Notes: generated from the sequence alone by a model not told the origin. 64,000 nucleotides of DNA from an uncultured delta proteobacterium (GCA_963749215.1 CAVVMA010000018.1:51513-115512); one strand, 5' to 3'. Positions 49,125-59,295 are shown, counted from the first letter of the stretch. Translations and numbers: made by a program.

Positions 49125-49994
49125 ATGAGGGCCTCGGCGGCCGGAACCACGCGCACCGGCTTGCTGTTCGCCGCCGCTGCGCTCGCCGCGATCGTCATCG
49201 GCGCGGGCGCTCTCGGCGCGGAGCCGATCAAGGGCGCGAGCGCCGAGAACCTGATCATCAACGGCCAGTTCATCAAAGGCGCCGGAAATTCCCCGGATCA
49301 CTGGCGCACGGAGGGATGGGACCAGAAGCCGGAAACAACCTCCTACCAGTGGCACCATTCGGAAGCGGGCGGTCCCGGCCAGCTCGAGATCGACAGCACG
49401 CAACCTAACGACGCGCGCTGGATGGAAAGCCTGAGCCTCAACGCCGGATGGTACTACTTCAGCGTCGACGCGCGCACCGAGAACCTCGGCACCCAGGCGG
49501 GCGCAACGCTTAGTATCATGGAGGATGGGATCTCCTCGCGGGAACTCAAAGGCACCACCGACTGGACCAGGATCGGGCTCTATCTGAAAGTCGGCGGGAT
49601 GGGCGCTGATATTGAAATGGCGCTCAGGCTGGGCGGCTACAGTTCCTTGAACACCGGGCGCGCGTTCTTCCGCGACGCGACCCTTATTCGCGTGCCGGCC
49701 CCGCCGCCAGGCGCGGAGCACGTCTTCGACCTCGATGTCGTACGCAAGGCGTCCCAGGAGCAGCCGATCGGACGACTGTGGACGATGGTCGCGCTGTTCG
49801 CGATGCTCGGCTGGGCCGCGGTCCAGGGATGGCGGCTTTATGGCGAGGCGACGTTGCGTCCGGCGCGCCCGGTCGCAGTCCCGGCTCCGCCCAAGCCGGT
49901 AGAAAAGCCCAAGCAAGAACCCCCCAGAGACGAACGCCCCAAGGACGAGCGCAAGCCGGTGCGCGGCAAGAAAAAACAGCGCAAACGGAAGTAG
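49125..49994 (+). CDS. Exported carbohydrate-binding-like protein with C-terminal membrane anchor and basic tail, paralog 3
   Basis: ATG 2 nt after the upstream stop. NLIINGQF..G..P..W, L.AGWYY, DWTR, GRAFFR, PPG..FDL, GRLW and TM. The track start at 48840 is over-extended. Confidence 0.65.
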   Translation: MRASAAGTTRTGLLFAAAALAAIVIGAGALGAEPIKGASAENLIINGQFIKGAGNSPDHWRTEGWDQKPETTSYQWHHSEAGGPGQLEIDSTQPNDARWMESLSLNAGWYYFSVDARTENLGTQAGATLSIMEDGISSRELKGTTDWTRIGLYLKVGGMGADIEMALRLGGYSSLNTGRAFFRDATLIRVPAPPPGAEHVFDLDVVRKASQEQPIGRLWTMVALFAMLGWAAVQGWRLYGEATLRPARPVAVPAPPKPVEKPKQEPPRDERPKDERKPVRGKKKQRKRK

Positions 49995-50073
49995 GGTTCA
50001 CGTCGCATCGGATCGTCTACGAGGTTCGCGATCGGCCGGATCGCCAACGCCGGCGCTGCCCGACAAACGCTGG

Positions 50074-50097
50074 TGTACATCTTGGCCCAAATGTACA
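50074..50097. promoter_or_regulatory. Putative autoregulatory operator of the Phd/YefM gene
   Basis: TGTACAT-CTTGGCCCAA-ATGTACA: two TGTACA palindromes forming an inverted repeat about 37 bp upstream of the ATG. Confidence 0.6.
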
Positions 50098-50134
50098 ATT
50101 GAGGCAGTTTCAGCGTTCGGGAGACGGATCATCG

Positions 50135-50416
50135 ATGGCAGCCAGGAAAAGAACCGCCCGTGGAGCGATCACCACGGTCTCCGCCCGGCAGCACTTCTCC
50201 GACCTTATCAATCGTGTCGCTTACGGCAAGGATCGGATCGTGCTGACGCGGCGCAGCAAGCCGCTCGCAGCGATGGTGCCGATCGAGGACATGGCATTGC
50301 TCGAAGAGCTCGAGGAGCGCGAGGACCTCAAGGCCGCCCGCGCGGCGCTCCGCGAGGTCGCCCGCAAAGGCACCCGGCCGTGGACGCAGATAAAGAAAGA
50401 ACTGGGGCTCGACTGA
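50135..50416 (+). CDS. Phd/YefM family antitoxin (no adjacent toxin)
   Basis: TVSARQHFSDLINRVAYGKDRIVLTRR.KP.AAMVPIED plus acidic C-terminus ending QIKKELGL. Lies at the 3' end of track ORF 49778-50416. Confidence 0.88.
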   Translation: MAARKRTARGAITTVSARQHFSDLINRVAYGKDRIVLTRRSKPLAAMVPIEDMALLEELEEREDLKAARAALREVARKGTRPWTQIKKELGLD

Positions 50417-50461
50417 CACCGAGATGGCCTGCGCCCAGCCGTCCCGGTGCCAGCCCGGCTG

Positions 50462-50992
50462 CTAATTCAGATGCAGGGGGCCCTTGTAGACGGGGCGATG
50501 TTCCAGTGTGGCTTGCTCGCGGACCTCGCTCAGCAGACGCGCCTCGTCAGTACCCCGCGATACACATTCGACGCTCGACGGCGGACGGAGCGGGAGCGCC
50601 AGCGGCGCCACGAAAGTCGTTTCGACTGCGACGGTCGAGGCTTCAGGGCCGTCCGCTTTAACATGGAAATTGTACTCCGCCGCCGACGCCGCGGTCGGGT
50701 CGACCGCGAATCGGCCGCCGAGGCTCCGGAATTCTCCGCAGTCTGCGGCTTGGAGCGTGAAGCTGGTCCCTTGCGCCTCGATTATCCCATGAGTGGGATC
50801 CTGCGCTCGCACGGCGTAGTTGTTTCTTTTGATCACCGAGTTGACCGCGTCCCACGCCAGATCGTACGCGACCTCGAGCCGCACGTGCTCCTGATCGGCT
50901 CTGGGCGGCCGGGCCATCGGCGGATAGAAGCATCCGGATAGCGCGAGCGCCGCGCCCAGAGTTGCTGCGATACGTGCGGCCGCGGCTTTCAT
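50462..50992 (-). CDS. Hypothetical lipoprotein
   Basis: Signal peptide with lipobox ALSGC. Confidence 0.65.
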   Translation of the reverse strand: MKAAAARIAATLGAALALSGCFYPPMARPPRADQEHVRLEVAYDLAWDAVNSVIKRNNYAVRAQDPTHGIIEAQGTSFTLQAADCGEFRSLGGRFAVDPTAASAAEYNFHVKADGPEASTVAVETTFVAPLALPLRPPSSVECVSRGTDEARLLSEVREQATLEHRPVYKGPLHLN

Positions 50993-51197
50993 GCGATGGT
51001 CTTCATGCGACTGTCTTCACGGTCGATTCCGCGATCCGGCCGGACGCCATGATAGCGAATCGAAGGGCGAGTTGAACGGTGTCCACGCGGGTGTGTGAGC
51101 GCCGCAATCGCTCCCCATCGATGTGTCCCTTGTGGTAGGCTTCCGCACTGGGCACGCCGGTCGGTACGGCCCGGCCAAGTCCCCCAAAGAGGTTCCG

Positions 51198-51950
51198 ATG
51201 TCAGGCCATTCCAAGTGGTCCTCAATCAAGCATAAGAAAGCTGCCCGCGACCAGCAGCGCGGCAAGGTCTTCACGAAACTCATCAAGGAGATCACTATCG
51301 CGGCGCGTCTCGGCGGCGGCGATATCAACGGCAACCCGCGCCTGCGGACCGCGGTGGCCGCGGGCCGGGCGCAATCGATGCCCAACGACAATATCGACCG
51401 CGCGATCAAGAAGGGCACCGGAGAGCTCGGCGGGCAGCAGCCCGAACAGATCACTTACGAAGGATACGGGCCGGGCGGCGTCGCCGTCATCCTTGACGTC
51501 CTGACCGACAACCGCAACCGGGTGGTCGCGGAGCTGCGCTTTATCTTCTCGCGCCATGGCGGCAACCTTGGCGAGTCCGGATGCGTGGGCTGGATGTTCA
51601 AGAAGCGCGGCGTGATCACGGTCGAGAAGGGCGCCGCAGACGAAGACCGCCTGATCGAAATCGCGCTCGAAGCGGGCGCCGACGACGTCTCGGGCGACAG
51701 CGACACCTACGAAGTGATGACCGCGCCCGACAAATTCGCCGCCGTCAAAGACGCGCTCGACAAGGCCGGTATCGCGGCCTTGCAGGCTGAGGTCACGATG
51801 CTGCCGGAGAACACCGTCAAGGTGTCGGGCCATACGGCGGAGCAGGTCCTCAAGATGGTCGAGGAGCTCGAGGAGCACGACGACGTGCAGAGCGTTGCCG
51901 CCAACTTCGATATCGACGAACAGGAGATGGCGCATTTCTCGGCGGCCTAG
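51198..51950 (+). CDS. yebC: YebC/PmpR family protein
   Basis: [38 protein letters not shown]. Confidence 0.96.
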   Translation: MSGHSKWSSIKHKKAARDQQRGKVFTKLIKEITIAARLGGGDINGNPRLRTAVAAGRAQSMPNDNIDRAIKKGTGELGGQQPEQITYEGYGPGGVAVILDVLTDNRNRVVAELRFIFSRHGGNLGESGCVGWMFKKRGVITVEKGAADEDRLIEIALEAGADDVSGDSDTYEVMTAPDKFAAVKDALDKAGIAALQAEVTMLPENTVKVSGHTAEQVLKMVEELEEHDDVQSVAANFDIDEQEMAHFSAA

Positions 51951-52001
51951 CCGGGGCCACTGCGAAAATTTCCCGAAGCTGCGGTAGCGCGGAGGTGGGG
52001 T

Positions 52002-52565
52002 ATGGGGTTGTCTCGGCGGGTGATCGGAGTGGATCCGGGCACCGCAGTGTGCGGATTTGGGATCGTGGAGCGTGGGCCGGGCGGTCTCCTGTTCCTCGCC
52101 ACCGGAACCATCCGCACCGGTCGATCTCAGGGCGCGCCGGCGCGGCTCAAGTTGATTTACGAGCGGCTCCTGGAACTGATCGACGAGCACGCTCCTGACG
52201 CGATGAGCCTGGAGCGGAGCTTCGTCGCGACCAACGTCCAGAGCGCATTCAGGCTTGGCGAAGCGCGCGCGATGGCGATCCTGGCCGCCGCGCAGCGGAA
52301 GTTGGTCCTCTTCGAGTATGCTCCCAATCAGGTCAAGCTGTCGGTCGCGGCGTACGGGCATGCCGATAAGAAGCAGGTCAAGTTCATGGTGCGGCGCGCG
52401 CTCAATCTCGACGAAAGCACGGAGCTCGCCGACGACGCGACCGACGCGCTTGCGCTGGCGCTCTGCCATCTGACGCGCTCGCGAATCGCGCTGGCGGCCG
52501 AGGCGGCGTCGCATCGCAGGCGGCGGATCGCCGGCGGGGTCTCATCGGCCAGGGCCGCGTCATGA
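52002..52565 (+). CDS. ruvC: Crossover junction endodeoxyribonuclease RuvC
   Basis: IGVDPG...GFG, ERSFV..N, LGEAR, GHADKKQV, DATDALALALCH. Confidence 0.95.
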   Translation: MGLSRRVIGVDPGTAVCGFGIVERGPGGLLFLATGTIRTGRSQGAPARLKLIYERLLELIDEHAPDAMSLERSFVATNVQSAFRLGEARAMAILAAAQRKLVLFEYAPNQVKLSVAAYGHADKKQVKFMVRRALNLDESTELADDATDALALALCHLTRSRIALAAEAASHRRRRIAGGVSSARAAS

Positions 52566-53221
52566 TCGCCTCGCTCAGCGGCCGAGTCCGAATCCGCGAG
52601 GCCGGGCGCGTGCTGGTCGAAACCGGCGGCGTCGGCTACGAGGTCTTCATCCCGCTCAGCACTTACTATCGGCTGCCGTCGGCGGGCGAGGCCGTGACGC
52701 TCGAAATCCGGCAAGTGGTGCGTGAGGACTCGCTCGCGCTGTATGGATTCTCCAGCGCGGGCGAGAAGCGCGCTTTCGACGTCCTGCTGGGCGTGCAGCA
52801 CGTGGGGCCTAAACTGGCCCTGGCGATCCTTTCGGTGCTCTCGCCCAGGGAGCTGGTCGCGGCGATCCAGCGCGGCGACGCGGATCGAATCGATGCGGTT
52901 CCCGGAGTCGGACCGAAGGTCGCCGAGCGCGTGGTGCGCGAGCTCAAGGACAAGGCCGCCGACCTCAAGCTGATCGCACCCGAGGTCCCGGCCGACGGCG
53001 CCGGCCCTGCCCGGACCGATTCGCGCGACGGCGCGGCCGGAATCGGAACTCCTGCCGACGACGCGATTTCGGCCCTGATTAATCTTGGCTACAAGCCGGG
53101 CGAGGCGAAGCGCGCGGTCGATTCGGTGACCGCCGCCGGCGGCGTCTCGCGAGCCGGTGCCGAGCCCGATCTCGAAGTGATTATCCGCAAATCGTTGGCT
53201 ATCCTGATCGGCGAAAAGTGA
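52562..53221 (+). CDS. ruvA: Holliday junction branch migration protein RuvA
   Basis: [43 protein letters not shown]. Confidence 0.96.
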   Translation: MIASLSGRVRIREAGRVLVETGGVGYEVFIPLSTYYRLPSAGEAVTLEIRQVVREDSLALYGFSSAGEKRAFDVLLGVQHVGPKLALAILSVLSPRELVAAIQRGDADRIDAVPGVGPKVAERVVRELKDKAADLKLIAPEVPADGAGPARTDSRDGAAGIGTPADDAISALINLGYKPGEAKRAVDSVTAAGGVSRAGAEPDLEVIIRKSLAILIGEK

Positions 53222-54270
53222 AAGCCAATCCGAAGCAAGCCGCCCCCGACGGATCCGACGAAAAGGCGCGGGCGCTCGCGGCCGCGGCGGCGACCGAGGA
53301 GGAGCGCGTACTCGACCTGTCGCTGCGGCCGCGCTCGCTCGGTGAGTTCGTCGGCCAGGAGCGGATCAAGAAAATTCTCGGGATGTCGATCGTAGCCGCC
53401 CGGCAACGGGCCGAGCCGCTCGATCACGTCCTGTTCTCGGGGCCGCCGGGGCTGGGCAAGACCTCGCTGGCTCATATCATCGCCCGCGAATTGGGAGTGA
53501 ATCTCCGCTCCACGTCGGGACCGGCGATCGAGCGCGCCGGCGACCTCGCCGCGATAGTTGCCGACCTCGAGCGCGGCGACGTTTTCTTTATCGACGAGAT
53601 CCATCGCCTCGCCCGTCCGGTCGAGGAGATTCTCTATCCGGCGATGGAAGACTTCGAGCTCAATATCGTGGTTGGCAAGGGTGCGGGCGCTCGCTCGATG
53701 AAACTCGCGGTGAAGCCCTTCACCCTGGTCGGCGCGACCACGCGCTCGGGTCTGCTGAGCTCGCCGCTGCGCGACCGCTTCGGCCAGCATTTCCATCTCG
53801 ATTTTTATGACAAGACGGAGCTGACGGAGATCGTGCGCCGCTCGGCTCGACTGCTCGAGGTCAAGACCGACGACGGCGGGGCGGTCGAGATCGCCTCGCG
53901 CTCGCGAGGCACGCCGCGAATCGCCAACCGCATCCTGCGCCGGGTGCGCGATTTCGCCCAGGTCAATGAGGCGCCGATCGTGACCCAGCCGGTCGCGCTC
54001 GGCGCACTGGAGCTGCTCGAGATCGACCAATGCGGATTCGACAAGATGGACCGCGACATCCTGACGGCGATCATCGACAAGTTCGACGGTGGTCCGGTAG
54101 GTGTCGAGAGTCTCGCCGCCGCGATCGGCGAGGAATCCGACACTTTGGAGGAAGTCTACGAGCCGTATCTGTTACAGGAGGGATTCATCGCGCGCACCAG
54201 CCGCGGCCGCGTCGCCACCCAGCGCGCCTACAGTCATCTCGGCCGCACGCGCCGCGGCACGCTGCTGTGA
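53218..54270 (+). CDS. ruvB: Holliday junction branch migration helicase RuvB
   Basis: [48 protein letters not shown]. Confidence 0.97.
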   Translation: MKANPKQAAPDGSDEKARALAAAAATEEERVLDLSLRPRSLGEFVGQERIKKILGMSIVAARQRAEPLDHVLFSGPPGLGKTSLAHIIARELGVNLRSTSGPAIERAGDLAAIVADLERGDVFFIDEIHRLARPVEEILYPAMEDFELNIVVGKGAGARSMKLAVKPFTLVGATTRSGLLSSPLRDRFGQHFHLDFYDKTELTEIVRRSARLLEVKTDDGGAVEIASRSRGTPRIANRILRRVRDFAQVNEAPIVTQPVALGALELLEIDQCGFDKMDRDILTAIIDKFDGGPVGVESLAAAIGEESDTLEEVYEPYLLQEGFIARTSRGRVATQRAYSHLGRTRRGTLL

Positions 54271-54282
54271 GACCTTAATGAC

Positions 54283-54990
54283 GTGGCCAAAATCTGGGTG
54301 ATACAGCATCATCCGGTCGAGAACCTCGGCCGGATTGCCGACGCGCTGGCGGCGTCCGCGCTGGCGTGGCAGTACGTGCGCAGCTTTGCCGGACAGCCGG
54401 TGCCGAAAGACATGAAGGGCGCGGGTGGATTGATCGTGATGGGCGGTCCGATGGGTGTCTACGAGCAGGATCGCTATCCGTTTCTGCGCGATGAGATGCG
54501 GCTGATCGAAGCCGCTCTCAAGGACGGCAAACCCTTGCTCGGCGTATGTCTGGGGAGTCAGCTCCTGGCCGCGGCGCTCGGGGCGAAAGTCGGCAGGGGG
54601 CCGGGCAAGGAGATCGGATGGCATCCGGTGCGTCTGCTTGCCGGCGCGCGTGATGACCGGCTGTTTGCCGGCGTGGCCGAATCGTTTACCGCGCTCCATT
54701 GGCACGGCGACGTGTTCGACCTGCCGGCCGGGGCGGTTCCGCTCGCGTCGTCCGAAAAGACCCCGCTTCAAGCCTACCGGTATGGCGACAAAGCCTACGG
54801 CCTGTTATTCCATATCGAGCCGACCGCCGCGATCGTGGCGGGGATGGTCCGCGAGTTCGCCGCCGAGCTCAAGGGAGCCGGGACCGACGGAGCGGCAATT
54901 GCCACTGCGGCGAATCAGCGTCTGGCTGCGATCGACGATCTCGCCGAGATGGTTTTCGGGCGCTGGGCCGCGCCGATTCAGGGTACCTGA
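54283..54990 (+). CDS. Type 1 glutamine amidotransferase-like protein
   Basis: MGGPM.VY, LGVCLGSQL (Cys nucleophile), HWHGD.F.LP, FHIE. Confidence 0.9.
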   Translation: MAKIWVIQHHPVENLGRIADALAASALAWQYVRSFAGQPVPKDMKGAGGLIVMGGPMGVYEQDRYPFLRDEMRLIEAALKDGKPLLGVCLGSQLLAAALGAKVGRGPGKEIGWHPVRLLAGARDDRLFAGVAESFTALHWHGDVFDLPAGAVPLASSEKTPLQAYRYGDKAYGLLFHIEPTAAIVAGMVREFAAELKGAGTDGAAIATAANQRLAAIDDLAEMVFGRWAAPIQGT

Positions 54991-55027
54991 CGGGAAGTAG
55001 CGCGCTCGCCCGGCGCGGCGATTTGCC

Positions 55028-56854
55028 TTATCGGCCGGGTGGGCCCGCGGTTGCGGCGCCAGGCCCCAACCTCTCGCGGTCGCCGGACTGCGATGTGCCT
55101 TGGCTGCGATACGGCGCCAGCATCTCTGGCGGAATGTGGTAAACAGTCACGTCGCTGACCCCGATTGGGTCGATTTTCAATCCGGACAGGTACAGCCTCC
55201 AAAGCGTCGGAGAGGGCGGAACCGATTTCCACGAGGGGACGCCGAAAAATTTACCGAATCTCCACACGCGGTTGCGCAACACGATCGCGGTAATGTTGTG
55301 GCTGGCAAGGAAGGGCAGCAGAGTACGGCTCTCTTTCCGCGGCCAGCGCGTAAAGCCGGCCGGATCGGGGCCCATGTATCCGTCTGCTATACGAAAGTGC
55401 ATTCCCGACGCCGCCTGCCAGAGCATGCTGTCGTTGCCGCCGCTTGGCAGCGGCAGCACCACCTCGCCGTCCCGCAGGTACTGGCGGTAGAGCCCGCTGG
55501 AGAAGAAGACCGGGAGATCGACCTGATTCACCCACGCCAGCGCATTCGGGTTGGGCAGCAGCATGAGGATCGTCGCGAGCATCACCGCCGGCCGGAAGAT
55601 CGAGTGCGGGTGCGCTTCGCTGAGCCACAGCGCGGCTATCACGGCCAGATCCAGAAAAGCGAACATGGTGAATCGCACCGGCAGAGCCTTGTCGATGAGC
55701 GGCAAATAGGAAATCAGCCTCCACGGCATCGGGAGTATCTTGTGTCCGCCGACGTGGAGCACGATTCCCATCGAAGCCACGCAGATGATCAGCAACGATC
55801 CGGCGAGCAGCGCTCCACTGAAATCCCGCCGGTGCGAATACGCGAACGCCGCTGCGATAAAGATCAGCCCCGGGCTCAGGTAGGCGGAGGTCTCGCCGAG
55901 ATTGCCGGTGAATTCGCCCGTAATTCGCGCGAACCAATCGAGCCTGCCCGGCAGATTTGCGGGCGTGGGTATCACGAAGTTCAGCAGATCGGCGGAGAAG
56001 ATATCGGTCGGCCAGGGAGGTCCGCTCGGGAATCCGAACGCGAAAAGATAGTAGAAATAAGGGCTCAGGATGATTGCTACCAGCACGTAGGATACCGCTA
56101 CATCCTGAAGTGTGGAGTACACTCGCCGCCGGAGCTCGCCCTTGGCGAGCGCCAGCGCCAGCAGAATCGCTACGCCGCCGAAGAAGGTCATGGTCGCGAA
56201 GATTTCCGTCTCGATCAGGAACTGCGCCATCAGCACCAGCGCCAGCAGGATCGCGAACGCGCGCCGTCCGAACTCGCCGTTGACCCGCCGCACGACCAGA
56301 TACGCTGCGAGCGGAATCGGGAAAACCAGCATCAGAACCAGATGCGTGTTCATCTGGCAGATAATGTACGGGGAGAAACCGAACAGGTAGCCGCCAACCA
56401 GCGACGGCCAGTAGCGCTTGGTGAGGTAGCGGCAAAGGATGAACGCGCTCCAGCCTGCGAGCGCCGGGGAGACCAGGCATAGAATGTTGAAGGTTACGAT
56501 CGGTCCCAGCGTCGCGGTCATCGGATAGGCGGCCAAATCCACCAGCGGCATGAAGGTAGTCCAGGCGAGATTGATGCCGGTCGGCGCCCAAAGCAGCGTG
56601 GTGAAGAACGGATTTAGGCGATGGCCGATCGCGTAAGGGAGCCAGACCAGGCACCACATGTAGCACCCTGGATCGCGGCTCTGACCCAGATTGTAGGTCG
56701 AGAAGTGGCCGATCAGACCGCGCCCAAAGAACAGGATAGAAAGCAGAAGATAGATGGCCAGTTCGGCGAACCGGTACCGGCCTGAGAGAAGTCTCTTCAA
56801 GACCCGCCGACAGCTATCGGTATTGTGCCCGCGCTCGGGCATCAGGACGCGCAA
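55028..56854 (-). CDS. Polytopic GT-C/YfhO-like membrane glycosyltransferase, tandem paralog A
   Basis: DP..Y.W.L.WLPYAI...NPFF..WAPTG..LAW, FSPY..Q, S.DLLNFVIP, YL..GL, RF. About 600 aa with many TM segments. Confidence 0.6.
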   Translation of the reverse strand: MRVLMPERGHNTDSCRRVLKRLLSGRYRFAELAIYLLLSILFFGRGLIGHFSTYNLGQSRDPGCYMWCLVWLPYAIGHRLNPFFTTLLWAPTGINLAWTTFMPLVDLAAYPMTATLGPIVTFNILCLVSPALAGWSAFILCRYLTKRYWPSLVGGYLFGFSPYIICQMNTHLVLMLVFPIPLAAYLVVRRVNGEFGRRAFAILLALVLMAQFLIETEIFATMTFFGGVAILLALALAKGELRRRVYSTLQDVAVSYVLVAIILSPYFYYLFAFGFPSGPPWPTDIFSADLLNFVIPTPANLPGRLDWFARITGEFTGNLGETSAYLSPGLIFIAAAFAYSHRRDFSGALLAGSLLIICVASMGIVLHVGGHKILPMPWRLISYLPLIDKALPVRFTMFAFLDLAVIAALWLSEAHPHSIFRPAVMLATILMLLPNPNALAWVNQVDLPVFFSSGLYRQYLRDGEVVLPLPSGGNDSMLWQAASGMHFRIADGYMGPDPAGFTRWPRKESRTLLPFLASHNITAIVLRNRVWRFGKFFGVPSWKSVPPSPTLWRLYLSGLKIDPIGVSDVTVYHIPPEMLAPYRSQGTSQSGDRERLGPGAATAGPPGR

Positions 56855-57049
56855 AACAATCCCGGCTCTGCGATCAGAAGACTTCCGGACAACCGCATCC
56901 CATCGGCCACGTCCCCGGCTTCTCGCGCTGCTTATCTGCCCGCATCAGAGGCCACTGTAGGCAAAGTCGACTCGATCAGGCAACCAAGGATCTGCGCCGA
57001 GCTGTAGCCAGGCGCGCTGACTAGATCGATCTTCGGGCCGAAGCCGGTG

Positions 57050-58906
57050 TCAGCTCCCGGAATCTGCGTCGGCGCTGCGAAGCGGCGATCCGTCCAAACT
57101 TCCGGCTTTTGTGTTGCGGGAATCCCTGTAACGCGCGAGCAGTTGCGGCGGCACCTTGTAAATCAGCAGGCCGCCGACTCGGAGCGGCTGGACCTTCAGG
57201 CCCGACAAATAGAGTTGCCACATTATCGTCGGCTGGCGAACCATCTTCCATGACGGCGTGCCCTCGAACACCCGGCACTTCCAGCGGTGGTCGCTCACGA
57301 TGATCGTGCTCACGTCGCGGTCTGAGAGGAAGGCCAGCAGGGCGTTGTTGCTTCGGCACCAGTTCTGAAGCCCCGGCGGATCTGGGCCGATATATCCGTC
57401 TGTGAGCCGGAAGTACATGCCCGTCTGCGCCTGCCACAGCATGTTGTTGGAGCCGGAACTCCTGGGCAGCGACATCACGACCTCGTTCTCGCGCAGGTAC
57501 TGCCGGTAGAGTCCTTTCGAGAAAAAGGCCGGCACCTGGAGCGGGCTGACCCAGAAATCGGCTTTCAGGTTGGGCAGTATAAGCACGAGGCTCAAGATTG
57601 CGATTGCGGGCCGGTCCAACGCCCACGGCGGCGCGGCGCTCAGCCAGAGCGCCACAATTACCGCCAGGTCGAGGAAGGCGTACATCATGAAGCGAGCGGG
57701 CAGGGCCTTGTCGATGAGCGGAATACCCTGGGCCAGCCTCCACAGCATCGGGAAGTGCTCGGCCCCGCCGATGTGCATCAGCGCGCCCATCGACGCGGCG
57801 CACGTGATTGCCAGCGATGCGATCAGCAACCGCCCCCGGAACTCGCGCCATTGACCGCACGCGAACTCGAAAGCGATCAAAATCAGACCCACGCCCAGAT
57901 ATCCGGTGGCTTCGGCCACATTGCCCCTGAACGCGCCCGAGATGGCCGCGAACCCATGAAGCCCTCCCCACAGGTTGGCCGGCGTCGGTATCACGAAGTT
58001 CAGCAGATCGGTCGAAAAAGTCTCGGGCGTATAGATCGGACCGGCTTTGACGGGGAAAGCCAACATGAAGTACAGGTACGGGCTGAGCACCACACCGGCC
58101 AATACGTAGGTCGAGCGCAGATCCGGGAGAGCCGCGTACAAGCGCTTTCTCAGCTCAGCCGGCGCCAGAATGGCAGCCGTCAGCATTACGATAGCGCCGA
58201 AAATCGTCAGCGTTGCGGCATACTCGAGGTCGATAAGACACTGCGTCACGACAGTCAGCGCGAACAGAATAACGAACGCCCGCGAGTTGATGTCGTTGTT
58301 GACTCGACGCAGGACAAGATAGACCGCCAGAGGTATTGGAAAGATCAGTATCAACACCAGGTGTGAAGTCATCTGGCAGACAAGATATGGTGAAAACGCG
58401 AATATGTAGCCGCCAACTAGTGACGGCCAGTAGCGATTAGTAATGTAACGGCAAAGAATAAAGGTGGTCCAGCCGGCCAGAGCAGGCGCCAGAAGACAAA
58501 GTACATTGTACGTGGCTACAGGGCCGATCGTCGCGGTGATCGGCCACGCCACCAAACCGACGAGAGGCAGGAACGTTGCCCATGCCAGAGAGGCACCGGT
58601 CGGCGCCCAGACCAATGGGCTGAAGAACGGGTTGATACGATGCGAGATCGCATAGGGCAGCCAGACCAGGCACCAGATATAGAAATCCGGGTCCGGGCTC
58701 TTACCTATGATTGACGCAGAGAAGTGGCCGAACAGCGAACGCCCGAAGAACAATACCGAGAGTGCAAGGTAGAGCAGCAGCGCCCGCACACCGTGGCGGT
58801 CCGCGTCGCGATCCGACGGCCGCTGGACGCCGTGCGATTCAGTCGGGGCCGCGTCGCGAGGACTCGGCGCGGCGGCGATCCTGAGCGCGCTGGTGAGATT
58901 CGGCAC
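57050..58906 (-). CDS. Polytopic GT-C/YfhO-like membrane glycosyltransferase, tandem paralog B
   Basis: Co-linear with 55028-56854 along its whole length (e.g. DLLNFVIPTPANL, LIDKALP.RF, FF..GLYRQYLR, MLWQA). Confidence 0.6.
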   Translation of the reverse strand: MPNLTSALRIAAAPSPRDAAPTESHGVQRPSDRDADRHGVRALLLYLALSVLFFGRSLFGHFSASIIGKSPDPDFYIWCLVWLPYAISHRINPFFSPLVWAPTGASLAWATFLPLVGLVAWPITATIGPVATYNVLCLLAPALAGWTTFILCRYITNRYWPSLVGGYIFAFSPYLVCQMTSHLVLILIFPIPLAVYLVLRRVNNDINSRAFVILFALTVVTQCLIDLEYAATLTIFGAIVMLTAAILAPAELRKRLYAALPDLRSTYVLAGVVLSPYLYFMLAFPVKAGPIYTPETFSTDLLNFVIPTPANLWGGLHGFAAISGAFRGNVAEATGYLGVGLILIAFEFACGQWREFRGRLLIASLAITCAASMGALMHIGGAEHFPMLWRLAQGIPLIDKALPARFMMYAFLDLAVIVALWLSAAPPWALDRPAIAILSLVLILPNLKADFWVSPLQVPAFFSKGLYRQYLRENEVVMSLPRSSGSNNMLWQAQTGMYFRLTDGYIGPDPPGLQNWCRSNNALLAFLSDRDVSTIIVSDHRWKCRVFEGTPSWKMVRQPTIMWQLYLSGLKVQPLRVGGLLIYKVPPQLLARYRDSRNTKAGSLDGSPLRSADADSGS

Positions 58907-59004
58907 TTCGAGATGAGAATATACTCGCGATACTACTCCGGATGAAGGAGTAGTTACACGGTATGACAGCTTGGATAGTCAAAGCCTAAACTGAGACGAA
59001 AGTG

Positions 59005-59050
59005 AGTAAAGAAGCCAACTCCCGCTGAATAGAGACCATCAGCGGGTTGG
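59005..59050 (-). terminator. Probable intrinsic terminator after the ferredoxin gene
   Basis: CCAAC(TC)CCGCTGA / TCAGCGGGTTGG hairpin followed on the minus strand by CTTCTTTAC. Confidence 0.5.
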
Positions 59051-59072
59051 GTAAAGATAGGCCAAGCGGCGG

Positions 59073-59270
59073 CTATTCGCCTTCGACGATCGAGATCGCC
59101 TGCTTGGGACATCGACGCGCGGCTTTTTCGACCTTGGCGCGCAGCGCCTCGGGCGGATGCTCGTTGAGGATGTAGAGCTTGTCGTCGGGGCGGACTTCAA
59201 AGACTTCCGGCGCTACTTCCATGCATCGGGCGTTGCTCTCGCACAATTCGAAATCCACGACGACTTTCAT
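59073..59270 (-). CDS. Small ferredoxin (3Fe-4S/4Fe-4S single-cluster type)
   Basis: C-ESNAR-C..AP.VF..CPKQAI; 65 aa. Confidence 0.9.
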   Translation of the reverse strand: MKVVVDFELCESNARCMEVAPEVFEVRPDDKLYILNEHPPEALRAKVEKAARRCPKQAISIVEGE

Positions 59271-59295
59271 GACTCGCTCCTGCGATCTGATCGGA

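Noticed and set aside
49778-50134. N-terminal extension of the Phd protein in the ORF track
   Set aside because: It overlaps the upstream gene and the operator region; the Phd domain starts at ATG 50135.
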